Positions 34,074-42,914 of a stretch of DNA of 42,914 nucleotides are shown piece by piece. This DNA is from a virus. Its lineage: Duplodnaviria > Caudoviricetes. The stretch spans positions 1 to 42,914 of IMG/VR virus record IMGVR_UViG_3300033475_000064, one strand, 5' to 3'. The notes beneath the pieces were generated by a model that saw nothing but the letters and a program-made list of their open reading frames with translations, did not search any database and was not told where the DNA came from. Both the position numbers and the translations under genes were made by a program. Numbering within the stretch: position 1 is the stretch's first letter; each line of letters starts with the position of its first letter.

Positions 34074-35633
34074 ATGGCCCTCCAGATGGTCACCGTCACC
34101 GGCACCCTCAAGCACCTTGACGGCCGCGCGCAGGCCGGCCGCGTCGAGTTCGCCCTGCCCTACACGCTCGTCGACCCCGCCGGCCACACCCTCTGGTCCG
34201 ATCGGGCCGTGGCCGCCGAGCTCGACGGCACCGGCGCGTTCAGCGTGCAGCTGCCCGCTACCGACTCGGCCGGCGTCTCGCCGACGAACTGGACCTACAC
34301 CGTCACCATCGCCACCGACGGCAGCAGCGACGCCCCGTTCCAGTGCCTCCTGCCGGCCAGCCCAAGCAGCGTGCACCTCGATGAGCTCGTCCGCGTCGAC
34401 GTGCCGCCCACCGTCGGCGTGTGGGTGCCCGTCAGCGCGCTCGGCAACAGCGTCGCCACGCTCGTTGGCGGCAAGGTGCCGCTGAGCCAGCTCCCGGCCA
34501 GCTCCGGTGGCGGCGTCGAAGCCGTGCACGCCAACCCCGACGGCACGATCGTCGTCGACGTCACCGACCCGGCCAATCCGATCGTCGGTGTCGGCACCAT
34601 CGCCACCGGCAAGGTGTCCACCCTGGACACCCAGCTCGCCGCCAAGGCGGACCTGGTGGGCGGCAAGGTCCCGCAAGCACAGATCCCCGCCGTCGCCCTC
34701 ACTGACTTCCTCGGCGCCGTCGCCAGCCAAGCCGCGATGCTCGCGCTCACCGGCCAGCGCGGCGACTGGTGCACCCGCACCGACCTCGGCACCGACTGGC
34801 AGCTGATCGCCGACGACCCGACGCAGCTGGCCAACTGGCGTGAGCACGTCTACCCGGCCAGCCCCGTGCAGTCGGTCGCCGGCCGCACCGGCGCGGTGAC
34901 ACTGACCAAGGCGGACGTCGGCCTGTCCAGCGTGGACAACACCGCGGACACCGCCAAGCCCGTCAGCACCGCGCAGGCCACGGCCATCGCGGCCAAGTAC
35001 GCACTCCCGGTTGGCGGCATCCCGCAGTCCGATCTTGCCGCAGCCGTCCAGACGTTGCTGGGGCTGGCCAGCTCGGCGCTTCAGGTGGCGCCGGCCGACC
35101 CGGCGGCGATGGCGTACGACTGCCACGCCGCCAACTTCGACCCCGCGGCCGAACCGCAGAACAGCACGATCAACGAGCAGTGGTTCATGCGGATCCTGGT
35201 CCGGGCCGGCCGGCAGATCAACCTGGTGAAGACGTTCGTCCGCGTGGCCGGCACAGCGGGCGCCGGCGGCCTCAACGGGTTCGCGCTCTACAGCGACGAC
35301 TTCTCGACGCTGCTGTGGAACTCGGTCTCTGACGACACGATGTGGCTGGCCGCTGGCGAGATCTCCAAGGCCGTCACCGGCACCGTCGTGGGCATGACCA
35401 ACCGCACGCCCACAGTGGACACCTGGCTGCACGTCGGCCTGTCCGCCCGCGGCCACACGGCCGCACCGTCCTTCCCGTTCGGCAACTTCGCCGGCTCCAG
35501 CACGCTCACCGACGCCGGCCACTTCCGGTGCCGCTACCGCGCGTCGGGGTACAGCGCATGGCCGGCGAGCATCAACCCCAACGTCGACTTGGCCGGCGTC
35601 ACCGGCTTCATGCCGGCCGTGCTCATCGGCTGA
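34074..35633 (+). CDS. Tail-fibre/spike-like structural protein
   Basis: GGGAGG RBS; LDGTGAFSVQLPATD...WTYTV N-terminal module, GGKVP.SQLP repeats, VQSVAGRTGAVTLTKADVGL..VDNTAD..KPVSTAQ shaft motif, beta-rich C-terminus. Confidence 0.8.
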   Translation: MALQMVTVTGTLKHLDGRAQAGRVEFALPYTLVDPAGHTLWSDRAVAAELDGTGAFSVQLPATDSAGVSPTNWTYTVTIATDGSSDAPFQCLLPASPSSVHLDELVRVDVPPTVGVWVPVSALGNSVATLVGGKVPLSQLPASSGGGVEAVHANPDGTIVVDVTDPANPIVGVGTIATGKVSTLDTQLAAKADLVGGKVPQAQIPAVALTDFLGAVASQAAMLALTGQRGDWCTRTDLGTDWQLIADDPTQLANWREHVYPASPVQSVAGRTGAVTLTKADVGLSSVDNTADTAKPVSTAQATAIAAKYALPVGGIPQSDLAAAVQTLLGLASSALQVAPADPAAMAYDCHAANFDPAAEPQNSTINEQWFMRILVRAGRQINLVKTFVRVAGTAGAGGLNGFALYSDDFSTLLWNSVSDDTMWLAAGEISKAVTGTVVGMTNRTPTVDTWLHVGLSARGHTAAPSFPFGNFAGSSTLTDAGHFRCRYRASGYSAWPASINPNVDLAGVTGFMPAVLIG

Positions 35634-35766
35634 AGGTTGACCCAAGCACCCCCAAGGAAGGGCCCGGCCGCTACCGATCCGGGATCGCGCGACCAGGCCG
35701 AGGCGTGATCGTCCTCGGCCTGGTCGAAGGCGAATGTCGCGCCATTAGATCCTGAACGGAGTCAGC

Positions 35767-36519
35767 GTGACCGTCCACATCGAGCACCTGCCCGAGCGGC
35801 GCATCGACGTGCGCCAGGGCGTGCTATCAGAGTCCGACGACTTCATCGGCCGGCTCGGCCGCCACGTCGAGCACGACGAGCGCTCCCTGGCCTACGCCGT
35901 CGAGCACATCGTCGACGAACTCCTCCCGCCCAAGACGGTGTCCTGGCGGCGCTGGTCGCCGATCCTCGACCAGGGCGACCTCGGCAGCTGTACCGGCAAC
36001 GCGCTAACCGGCGCGCTGGCCTGCGAACCGTTCTGCACCATCCCGACCGAGGCCGGCCAGTTCAACGAGGCCTTCGCCGTCTCGCTGTACTCGCACGCGA
36101 CCGCCATCGACGGCATCCCCGGCCAGTACCCGCCCGACGACACCGGCAGCAGCGGCCTCGCCGTGTGCAAGGTGGCTAAGTCGATGGGCCTGATCGGCAG
36201 CTACCACCACGCGCTCACCGTGAGCGGACTGCTGCACGCGTTGCAGCTCGGGCCGGTCATCATCGGTGCCCCGTGGTACGAAGGCTTCGACCGCCCCGAC
36301 GAGCACACCGGCGCAGTCGAGATCGGCGGCGCGATCCGCGGCGGCCATGAGTTCCTGGTACGCGCCTACCAGCACGGCCCGACCGAGGCCGACAGCTGGC
36401 TGATCGCCGACAACTCGTGGGGCAGCAGCTGGGGCGTCAAGGGCCAGTTCCGCTTCTCCGTCGCCACCTGGCGCACGCTCGCCGCCAACCAGGCGGACGT
36501 CACCATCCCGCAGAAGTAG
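35767..36519 (+). CDS. Papain-like (C1) cysteine peptidase
   Basis: DQGDLGSCTGNA (Gln/Cys), GGHEF (His), NSWGSSWG..G.F (Asn): complete catalytic set. Confidence 0.9.
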   Translation: MTVHIEHLPERRIDVRQGVLSESDDFIGRLGRHVEHDERSLAYAVEHIVDELLPPKTVSWRRWSPILDQGDLGSCTGNALTGALACEPFCTIPTEAGQFNEAFAVSLYSHATAIDGIPGQYPPDDTGSSGLAVCKVAKSMGLIGSYHHALTVSGLLHALQLGPVIIGAPWYEGFDRPDEHTGAVEIGGAIRGGHEFLVRAYQHGPTEADSWLIADNSWGSSWGVKGQFRFSVATWRTLAANQADVTIPQK

Positions 36520-36530
36520 AGGAGCCCGTC

Positions 36531-36875
36531 ATGACGGCGACCCCGCTCACCGTGACCCAGATGGACCACAAGACCGCGCTCAACATCACCCTCGCCGACA
36601 CGCCCGGCACCAACGCCGACAACGTCAACGGCAACAGCATCGCCAACGGCGGCAAGGTCCTGCTCGTCATGAACAACACCGGCGGCAGCTCGGCCACCGT
36701 GTCCGTCGCCTACGGCAGCACCTACGACGGCCAGACGGTCCCCGCGCTCCAGTTCACCATCCCGGCCGGCAAGGTCAGCCAGGCGCCGCTCGGCACGCCG
36801 GCGCAGTTCGGGCAGTCCACGCTCGTCACCGCCTCGGCCAGCACGGTGAAGCTCGCCGCCTACGCGATGCCGTGA
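36531..36875 (+). CDS. Small beta-sandwich protein, probably virion-associated
   Basis: GAGGAG RBS; T/A/G/N-rich; NGGKVLLVMNNTGGSSATVSV...TIPAG. Confidence 0.55.
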   Translation: MTATPLTVTQMDHKTALNITLADTPGTNADNVNGNSIANGGKVLLVMNNTGGSSATVSVAYGSTYDGQTVPALQFTIPAGKVSQAPLGTPAQFGQSTLVTASASTVKLAAYAMP

Positions 36876-36883
36876 GGATCACC

Positions 36884-37198
36884 ATGCCTGCCAAGCGCTA
36901 CCGCAAGAAGCCGGTCGAGATCGAGGCCATGCAGTTCACCGACCTCGACTCGTACATGGCCATCGTGGATTGGTACAAGGTCACCAACACCAGCACGCTC
37001 AGCGTCGACGAGGCGCTCGCCTTCCGCACGCCGCTCATGCTCATCCAGACGCTCGAAGGAACGATGGCCGCCAACCCGGGCGACTGGATCATCCGTGGCG
37101 TCAAGGGCGAGTTCTACCCGTGCAAGCCGGACATCTTCGAGGCCACCTACCAGGAGGTCGCACCCGGCGAGATCACGGGCCGCGTCACCATCGCCTAG
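36884..37198 (+). CDS. Conserved phage protein (YRKKPV/PGDYG-like family)
   Basis: YRKKPVEIEAMQF...IQTLEGTM.ANPGDWIIRGVKGEFYPCKPDIFEATY. Confidence 0.8.
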   Translation: MPAKRYRKKPVEIEAMQFTDLDSYMAIVDWYKVTNTSTLSVDEALAFRTPLMLIQTLEGTMAANPGDWIIRGVKGEFYPCKPDIFEATYQEVAPGEITGRVTIA

Positions 37199-37235
37199 CG
37201 ACTGGATCACTGGGGTGTTCGTAACGGGAGGTGCG

Positions 37236-37478
37236 ATGCGAGATCGCGCCAGGATTTACCGGCACGCCGACGGCAAGTGGCGGGCCATCCGACCCGGCTA
37301 CGGATTCAACACCCCCGAGGAATCCTCGCCCCTGGATTCGCATGCCGCCGCAATCGCCTGGCTCGACGGATGCAGGACCAGTAGCGAGTCGGGCAGCTAC
37401 GAGCTCAGCGGCCAGGTGCACGACGCCATCGGCAGCCTGTCGATGTGGACCCCGCTCTGGCCGCAGCACTGGCCCTGA
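37236..37478 (+). CDS. Hypothetical protein
   Basis: GGGAGG RBS; coupled to HNH gene. Confidence 0.6.
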   Translation: MRDRARIYRHADGKWRAIRPGYGFNTPEESSPLDSHAAAIAWLDGCRTSSESGSYELSGQVHDAIGSLSMWTPLWPQHWP

Positions 37479-37831
37479 TGGCCCGGGCACCGCGCTCATG
37501 CAGCAAGTGCAAGCGCCCCATCCCGCCCGGCCAGGTCTGCCTCGCGTGCCGACGAGAGCAGGACCAGCAACGGGACGCCGTGCGGTACGCAGACGGCGCT
37601 GCCCTCGCAGCATGGCGACACGTCTCAGCAGCATGGCTACGTGAGCACCCGTGGTGTGTCGGCTACCGCCGACCCTGCCACCGACCAGCCACACAGGTCG
37701 ACCACATCGACGGATGCGGGCGCACCGGCAAGCGGGCGCTCGACCCCACCAACCTCCAGTCCCTGTGCCAGTCCTGCCATAGCCGCAAGACCGCCATCGA
37801 GGACGGTGGGTTCGGCAACCCGATGCGGTGA
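37478..37831 (+). CDS. HNH endonuclease (HK97 gp74-like packaging cofactor)
   Basis: WLREHPWC...ATQVDHI...NLQSLCQSCHSRKT; last gene before terS. Confidence 0.9.
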   Translation: MARAPRSCSKCKRPIPPGQVCLACRREQDQQRDAVRYADGAALAAWRHVSAAWLREHPWCVGYRRPCHRPATQVDHIDGCGRTGKRALDPTNLQSLCQSCHSRKTAIEDGGFGNPMR

Positions 37832-37912
37832 CGCAGCGTGACAGCGTGGCTGTCAATACCCCATCCGGGTGAACCTGAGATGATCATCTAAATCGGACAT
37901 AACCACCCCTAC

Positions 37913-37982
37913 CGGGGGTGCACCCCCGATCATGAAAAACCCCATCCCGCGTGTGAGGGCTCTCGCGGTGTGTACGGGTTCC
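37913..37982. other. Putative cos/packaging region
   Basis: Non-coding gap between HNH and terS; 16-bp palindrome CGGGGGTGCACCCCCG (37913-37928). Confidence 0.5.
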
Positions 37983-38009
37983 GAAACACGCCTTGAAACG
38001 CTCGCTGGC

Positions 38010-38048
38010 CGCCGCAATGGCGTCCGGACGTCCGGTCCGCAACGGGCC
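38010..38048 (+). promoter_or_regulatory. Twin pentaloop hairpins in terS leader
   Basis: CGCC-GCAAT-GGCG (38010-38022) and GGTCC-GCAAC-GGGCC (38034-38048), same loops and order as in the scaffold leader. Confidence 0.55.
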
Positions 38049-38067
38049 AGATTGGTAGCGGTGAGTC

Positions 38068-38649
38068 ATGCCTGGACCGCCCCCGAAGCACCCTTCCCAG
38101 CGTCGCCGGCGCAACGCCGCGCCGCAGTTGACGCAGCTGCCCGCCGAGGGCCGGCAGGGCGACGTGCCCGAGTGGCCGCTCGGCCCCGACATCGAGACCC
38201 ACGCGCAGCTGCAGGTGGCGCGCGACAAGGTCGAGGACCTGCAGTACCAGTACGACGAGGGCAAGCCGGTCGGCGGCCGGCTGACCAAGGCGCAGGAGCG
38301 CGTCGCGGTGCTGCAGCACATCGTCGAGATCCAGGCCGAGGCCGAGCTGCAGCTGTGGGCGAAGTTGTGGGCAACGCCGATGGCTGCGGCGTGGGAGCGG
38401 CTGCGGTTCGTCGACGAGGTCGCGTTGTACGTCCGGCATCAGGTGCTGGCAGCCAACGGCAACATGAAGGCGGCTGTGGAGGCGCGGCAGCGCGGTGACC
38501 GGCTGGGCCTGTCGAATCTGGCGCTGCTGCGGCTGCGCTGGGAGATCTCGGCCGATGAGGTCGGCGAGCGGCGCGCCGAAGCTGCGGCCGAGCCGGCGGC
38601 GAAGGCGCCGCGGACCCGGTTCAAGGTCGTCGACGCCTCGGCGGGCTGA
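38068..38649 (+). CDS. terS: Terminase small subunit
   Basis: GPPPK...RRRRN, LWATPMAAAW, EARQ..DRLGLS....LRLRWEI; directly before terL. Confidence 0.85.
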   Translation: MPGPPPKHPSQRRRRNAAPQLTQLPAEGRQGDVPEWPLGPDIETHAQLQVARDKVEDLQYQYDEGKPVGGRLTKAQERVAVLQHIVEIQAEAELQLWAKLWATPMAAAWERLRFVDEVALYVRHQVLAANGNMKAAVEARQRGDRLGLSNLALLRLRWEISADEVGERRAEAAAEPAAKAPRTRFKVVDASAG

Positions 38650-38650
38650 G

Positions 38651-40216
38651 ATGCCGTGGCGGGGCCCGGACTACGCGGGCGAGTTCCCGTCGTTGGGCTG
38701 GGCCATTGCGGACTGGATCGAGTACTTCTGCGTCATCTCGGACGGCGACCACATCGGCGAGCCGTTCAAGCTCACGCAGGAGATGGTGACCTTCTTGGTG
38801 CACCACTACCGGCTCAAGCCGACGGCTAACGAGCGATCGCCGCGTACCGCGTGGGTCAATCGGCGGTCGCAGCTCGTGCGGCCGCAGAAGTGGGGCAAGG
38901 GCCCGTTCTCGGCGGCGATCACGTGCGCCGAGGCGACCGGGCCGGTGGTGTTTGCCGGCTGGGACGCCGCCGGCGAGCCGGTGGGCCGCGAGTGGCCAAC
39001 GCCGCACATCCAGATCACCGCGGTGAGCGAGGACCAGACCGACAACGTGTGGCGCGTGCTCCAGCCGATGATCGAGCTTGGCCCGCTGGCCGACGACATC
39101 CCGGACACCGGCCTGGACCGGATCAACCTGCCGTCGGGTGGAGTGATCGAGCCGGTCACCGCGTCGGCGCAGTCCCGCCTCGGCCAGCGCATCACGTTCG
39201 TGGTGCAGGACGAGACGCACTCGTGGAACGAGCGCAACCGCATGGTGCGCCTGGCCGACACGCAAAAGCGCAACCTGTCCGGCACCGGCGGCCGCCTGAT
39301 CGAGACGACGAACGCATACGACCCCAGCGAGAACTCGGTGGCGCAGCTGACCGCCGAGACGCCGCGGCCGGACGTCCACGTCGACCACGTGCTCGCACCG
39401 GCGAACCTGTCGATTCACAACAAGCGTGAGCGCCGCAAGGTGCTCAAGAAGGTCTACGGCGACTCGTGGTGGGTGGACCTGGACCGGATCGACGCCGAGA
39501 TCGAGGAGTTGGTGCTCCGGGATCCGGCGCAGGCGGAGCGGTTCTACCTGAACCGGATCGTCACCGGCGAGCGGCAGTGGATCGCGCCTGAAGTGTGGTT
39601 GCCACTAGCGCAGCCCGGCCAGCTGGCGGACGGCGAGGAGATCGCGCTCGGCTTCGACGGCTCGATCAACGACGACTGGTCGGCGCTGGTGGCCTCGCGG
39701 ATCTCGGACGGCTGGATCACGCCGCTCGAGGTGTGGCGGCCACCGCCCGGCGCGGCGCCGGGCACGTGGCAGGTCGATACCCGTGGTGTGCGTGCGGCTG
39801 TGCGGGACGCGTTCTCGCGGTACCGGGTGGCGTTGCTGTACGCGGACCCGCACGAGTACCGCTCGGAGATCGGTGACTGGGCCGAGGAACACGGCGAGGG
39901 CGACCTGGCGCGGGTGCGGGAGTTCGACACCCACTCGGCCGGCAAGATCGGGCCGGCCGTGGACCAGTTCAAGGCCGACGCGATGACCGGCCGGTTGCCG
40001 CACGACGGTGACGAGTTGCTGAACCTGTGCGTGGCCAACGCCCGAACGGCCAAAAGAGGCAGGTACACGGTGATCGAGAAGGAAGCGCCGAGGTCGCCGA
40101 AGAAGATCGACGTGGCGATGTCGGCTGTCATCGCCTATCAGGCCCGCAACGACGCGATCGAGCTCGGCTTGGCCGGGACGCAGGAGTACGGCGTGTACTC
40201 GTCCAGCAACTGGTGA
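38651..40216 (+). CDS. terL: Terminase large subunit
   Basis: RPQKWGKGP (Walker A-like), AVSEDQT, FVVQDETH (Walker B), ALGFDGS..DD.SAL and KKID nuclease motifs. Confidence 0.95.
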   Translation: MPWRGPDYAGEFPSLGWAIADWIEYFCVISDGDHIGEPFKLTQEMVTFLVHHYRLKPTANERSPRTAWVNRRSQLVRPQKWGKGPFSAAITCAEATGPVVFAGWDAAGEPVGREWPTPHIQITAVSEDQTDNVWRVLQPMIELGPLADDIPDTGLDRINLPSGGVIEPVTASAQSRLGQRITFVVQDETHSWNERNRMVRLADTQKRNLSGTGGRLIETTNAYDPSENSVAQLTAETPRPDVHVDHVLAPANLSIHNKRERRKVLKKVYGDSWWVDLDRIDAEIEELVLRDPAQAERFYLNRIVTGERQWIAPEVWLPLAQPGQLADGEEIALGFDGSINDDWSALVASRISDGWITPLEVWRPPPGAAPGTWQVDTRGVRAAVRDAFSRYRVALLYADPHEYRSEIGDWAEEHGEGDLARVREFDTHSAGKIGPAVDQFKADAMTGRLPHDGDELLNLCVANARTAKRGRYTVIEKEAPRSPKKIDVAMSAVIAYQARNDAIELGLAGTQEYGVYSSSNW

Positions 40217-40229
40217 GGGGGCACTAACG

Positions 40230-41756
40230 GTGGCGCTCACCAAGGACCAGGCGATCACGCTCGTGACGAGCATGTCGAACAAGCTGCGGGCGCGGGCCGG
40301 CGAGATCGAGGTGACCCGCAACGCCTACGAGAGCGATTTGCCGCTGGCGTTCGCGTCGCCGGACTTCCGCCGGTTCTTCGCCGCACGGTTCGAGGGCTTC
40401 AGCGACAACTGGGTGCCGGTAGTGGCCGACAGCCCGACGGAGCGGCTGAAGCCCATCGGGTTCCGTATGCCTGGCGCGAAGGCCAGCGAGCTCGACGACG
40501 ATCTGTGGCGGGTGTGGCAGATCAACGGGTCCGACGCGGACTGTGGCCTCGCGTTCCTGGACGCCATTATCGGGCGCCGGGCGTTCGCGATGGTGTGGGG
40601 CAACGACGCCGAGCCGGACACGCCCGAGATCACGTTCGAGTCGCCGTCGGAGGCGATCGTCGCCTACGAGCCGGGGTCCCGCCGCAAGCGCAAGGCCGGC
40701 CTGAAGTTGTGGCGGGACATCGACGCGCAACTGGAGTTCGCGACCCTGTACCTGCCGGACCAGATCTGGCGGTTCCAGCGGCCGACGGCGCGCTACCCGG
40801 ACACGCAGCTGTACCTTCCGCCGGCAGTGCTGGCGGACTTCGGTCAGTGGCAGCTGCGGGACGATCCGGACGAGCCGATGAACCCGAAGCCCAACCCGTT
40901 GGGCGTGGTGCCGTTGGTGGAGCTGCCGAACCGGCCGCTGCTGGCACGGGAACCGATCAGCGATGTGCACGGCGTGCTCGCCATGCAGCACGCGATCAAC
41001 CTGCTATGGAGCGAGTTGTTCACCGCAGCCGACTTCGCGTCGTGGCCGCAGCGCGTGGTGATGGGCCAGGCGCAGCCGAAGGTGCCGATCCTCAACGACC
41101 AGGGCCAGAAGATCGGTGAGCGGCCGATCGACATCGACAAGCTGTCGATCGACAAGCTGCTGTGGCTGGAGAACCCGCAGGCGAAGGTCGCCGAGTGGCA
41201 GGCCGCGTCGCTGAGCATCTTCACCGACGTGATCGAGGTCGCGGTCGGCCACATCGCTGCCCAAACCCGCACGCCACAGCACTACCTGATCGGCAAGATG
41301 GCGAACCTGTCCGGCGACGCCCTGAAGGCCGCCGAGACCGGCCTGGTGAAGAAGTGCGAGGAGAAGCAGCTCTACTTCGGCCAGGCGTTGCGGGAGACGT
41401 TCTCCCTCGTTGCGCTCGCCCAGGGCAACAAGGCCAAGGCCAAGGCGGTGCTGGGCGGCACGCTGCGGTGGAAGGACGCCGAGTCGCGCTCGGAGTCGCA
41501 GATGGCCGATGCGCTGCTGAAGCTCAAGCAGATCGGCTTCCCGGTGCAGTTCCTGGTCGAGCGGTACGGCCTGGAGTCACCGGAAGTCGAGCGGGTCATG
41601 CAGATGATCGCCGACGAGAAGCAGTCGGACGCCGAGGCGATGCTGAACGCGGCCACGGCCGGGCTCGGCGCGAAGGCCGCGCCGGCGGACCCGCTGGCCA
41701 CTGACGTTCAGGCGCCTGTCGCCGGCGAACTGGTGACGGCCGGTGCCGGCGGCTGA
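40230..41756 (+). CDS. Portal protein (SPP1 gp6-like)
   Basis: NWVPVVADS..ERL, NPLGVVPLVELPNRP, PQR...G, NLSGDALKAAE.GL. Confidence 0.93.
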   Translation: MALTKDQAITLVTSMSNKLRARAGEIEVTRNAYESDLPLAFASPDFRRFFAARFEGFSDNWVPVVADSPTERLKPIGFRMPGAKASELDDDLWRVWQINGSDADCGLAFLDAIIGRRAFAMVWGNDAEPDTPEITFESPSEAIVAYEPGSRRKRKAGLKLWRDIDAQLEFATLYLPDQIWRFQRPTARYPDTQLYLPPAVLADFGQWQLRDDPDEPMNPKPNPLGVVPLVELPNRPLLAREPISDVHGVLAMQHAINLLWSELFTAADFASWPQRVVMGQAQPKVPILNDQGQKIGERPIDIDKLSIDKLLWLENPQAKVAEWQAASLSIFTDVIEVAVGHIAAQTRTPQHYLIGKMANLSGDALKAAETGLVKKCEEKQLYFGQALRETFSLVALAQGNKAKAKAVLGGTLRWKDAESRSESQMADALLKLKQIGFPVQFLVERYGLESPEVERVMQMIADEKQSDAEAMLNAATAGLGAKAAPADPLATDVQAPVAGELVTAGAGG

Positions 41757-42786
41757 CGCCGTCGTCGCGGCGCACTATGCGGAGCAGCAGCGGTTGGCCA
41801 GGGCCGTGCTCGCCACAGTCCTGCCGCGGTGGCCGTCCACGGTGGACAACCTGCCGCTGCGCTACGGCGGCCTGCTGCCATTGCTGTTGGCGTCGCTTAC
41901 CGCGGGCCAGTTGCTCGCCGCGACGTCGGCGGACGACTACACGGCCACGCTGCTCGGTGCCGGCGACCGGCCGCCGGCCGCGCCGGTGGATCCGGTGCTG
42001 TTGGCCGGGACGGCGTCGGACGGCCGGGAGCTGGTGTCGCTGCTGCTATCGCCGCTGATCGACATGCAGACGGCGGTCCGGGCCGGCCTGGCCGCTGCTG
42101 ATGCGCTGGAGCGGGGCCGGGAGAGCTTCACGCAGATCGTGGCCACGCAGGTAGCCGACGCGGGTCGTGTGGCGGTGGGCATGGCGACGGTGTCGCACGG
42201 CGCGGCCGGCTACATCCGCGTGCTGGTCCCGCCGTCGTGTGCGCGGTGCGCGGTGCTGGCCGGGAAGTTCTTCCGCTGGAACCGGGGCTTCCAGCGGCAT
42301 CCGCGGTGCGACTGCCGGCACCGCCCGGTCGGTTCGGCCGAGGCCGACATGGCCCCGGACCCGAAGACCTACTTCGACAGCTTGTCCCGCGAGCAGCAGG
42401 ACAAGGTGTTCACCGCGGCCGGCGCGCAGGCGATCCGGGACGGCGCGGACATCAGCCAGGTGGTGAACGCACGCCGCGGTATCAGCACGGCGAGCGTTGG
42501 CGGCCGGGACATCCTGCACACGACGGAAGGCGTCACGCGGCGCGGCTGGTACGCGGCCGTGCAGCAGGCCCTGGATCCTCTCGTCCGCTTCGACAAGACG
42601 CCGGCCAGCCGCGTCCAGCGGTCACGGCGGCCGCGGCTGATGCCCGAGCAGATCTACTCGCTTGGGCTGGGCCGGGAAGAGACCCAGCGCCTGCTGACGC
42701 GCAACGGTTACTTCCTCGATGCCTCAACGGATGTCGAGGGCCGGCACGCGCTGGAGCGCATCGCGCGTCAGCTGCTGGCGCAGTGA
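41743..42786 (+). CDS. MuF-like minor head protein (often annotated capsid maturation protease)
   Basis: SCARCAVLAG...FQRHPRCDC, AIRDGADISQVVNARRG, PRLMPEQIY; between portal and scaffold. Confidence 0.8.
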   Translation: MPAADAVVAAHYAEQQRLARAVLATVLPRWPSTVDNLPLRYGGLLPLLLASLTAGQLLAATSADDYTATLLGAGDRPPAAPVDPVLLAGTASDGRELVSLLLSPLIDMQTAVRAGLAAADALERGRESFTQIVATQVADAGRVAVGMATVSHGAAGYIRVLVPPSCARCAVLAGKFFRWNRGFQRHPRCDCRHRPVGSAEADMAPDPKTYFDSLSREQQDKVFTAAGAQAIRDGADISQVVNARRGISTASVGGRDILHTTEGVTRRGWYAAVQQALDPLVRFDKTPASRVQRSRRPRLMPEQIYSLGLGREETQRLLTRNGYFLDASTDVEGRHALERIARQLLAQ

Positions 42787-42787
42787 G

Positions 42788-42914
42788 CACGGCGGCCGCA
42801 ATGGCCGCCGCTGAACCCCGCAACGGGAGAACGCATGTCCGAGGAGCAGCAGAACGAGGGCGCCGGTGACGGCTCGGAGAACGGCCAGCAGGTCGGGGCC
42901 GAGCAGGAAGGCGG
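42788..42914. repeat. Terminal direct repeat, right copy
   Basis: Identical to 1-127. Confidence 0.95.

Overview
The window is an apparently complete, circularly assembled genome (about 42,787 bp; bases 1-127 recur exactly at 42788-42914) of a GC-rich temperate siphovirus of Actinobacteria. The host is probably a filamentous, non-mycolate actinomycete, inferred from the XRE/DUF397 pair and the lack of a recognisable lysin B. Gene order across the circle: HNH, TerS, TerL, portal, MuF-like protein, scaffold, major capsid, head-tail and tail genes (with a -1 frameshifted chaperone and tape measure), a four-gene lysis cassette, an accessory island (leftward ORFs with an MmpS-like lipoprotein and a hairpin array, plus rightward XRE/DUF397), attP, tyrosine integrase, repressor/cro/xis, RecE-type recombination genes, an initiator with iterons plus DnaC-like loader, resolvase, a late HTH regulator, and a pre-terminase block (tail-fibre-like protein, papain-like protease, beta-rich protein). 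Strongest unexplained signals: (1) attP carries the 3' end of an aldehyde dehydrogenase-like gene (GIEEFMNQKSIRL*); (2) the same ordered pair of boxB-like pentaloop hairpins (GCAAT then GCAAC) precedes both terS and scaffold, and TerS has an Arg-rich N-terminus; (3) six abutting GC hairpins at 16384-16685; (4) an FCCH-like beta domain inserted in the capsid protein; (5) an internal start in the endolysin. All family calls come from motif recognition by eye; no searches were run.
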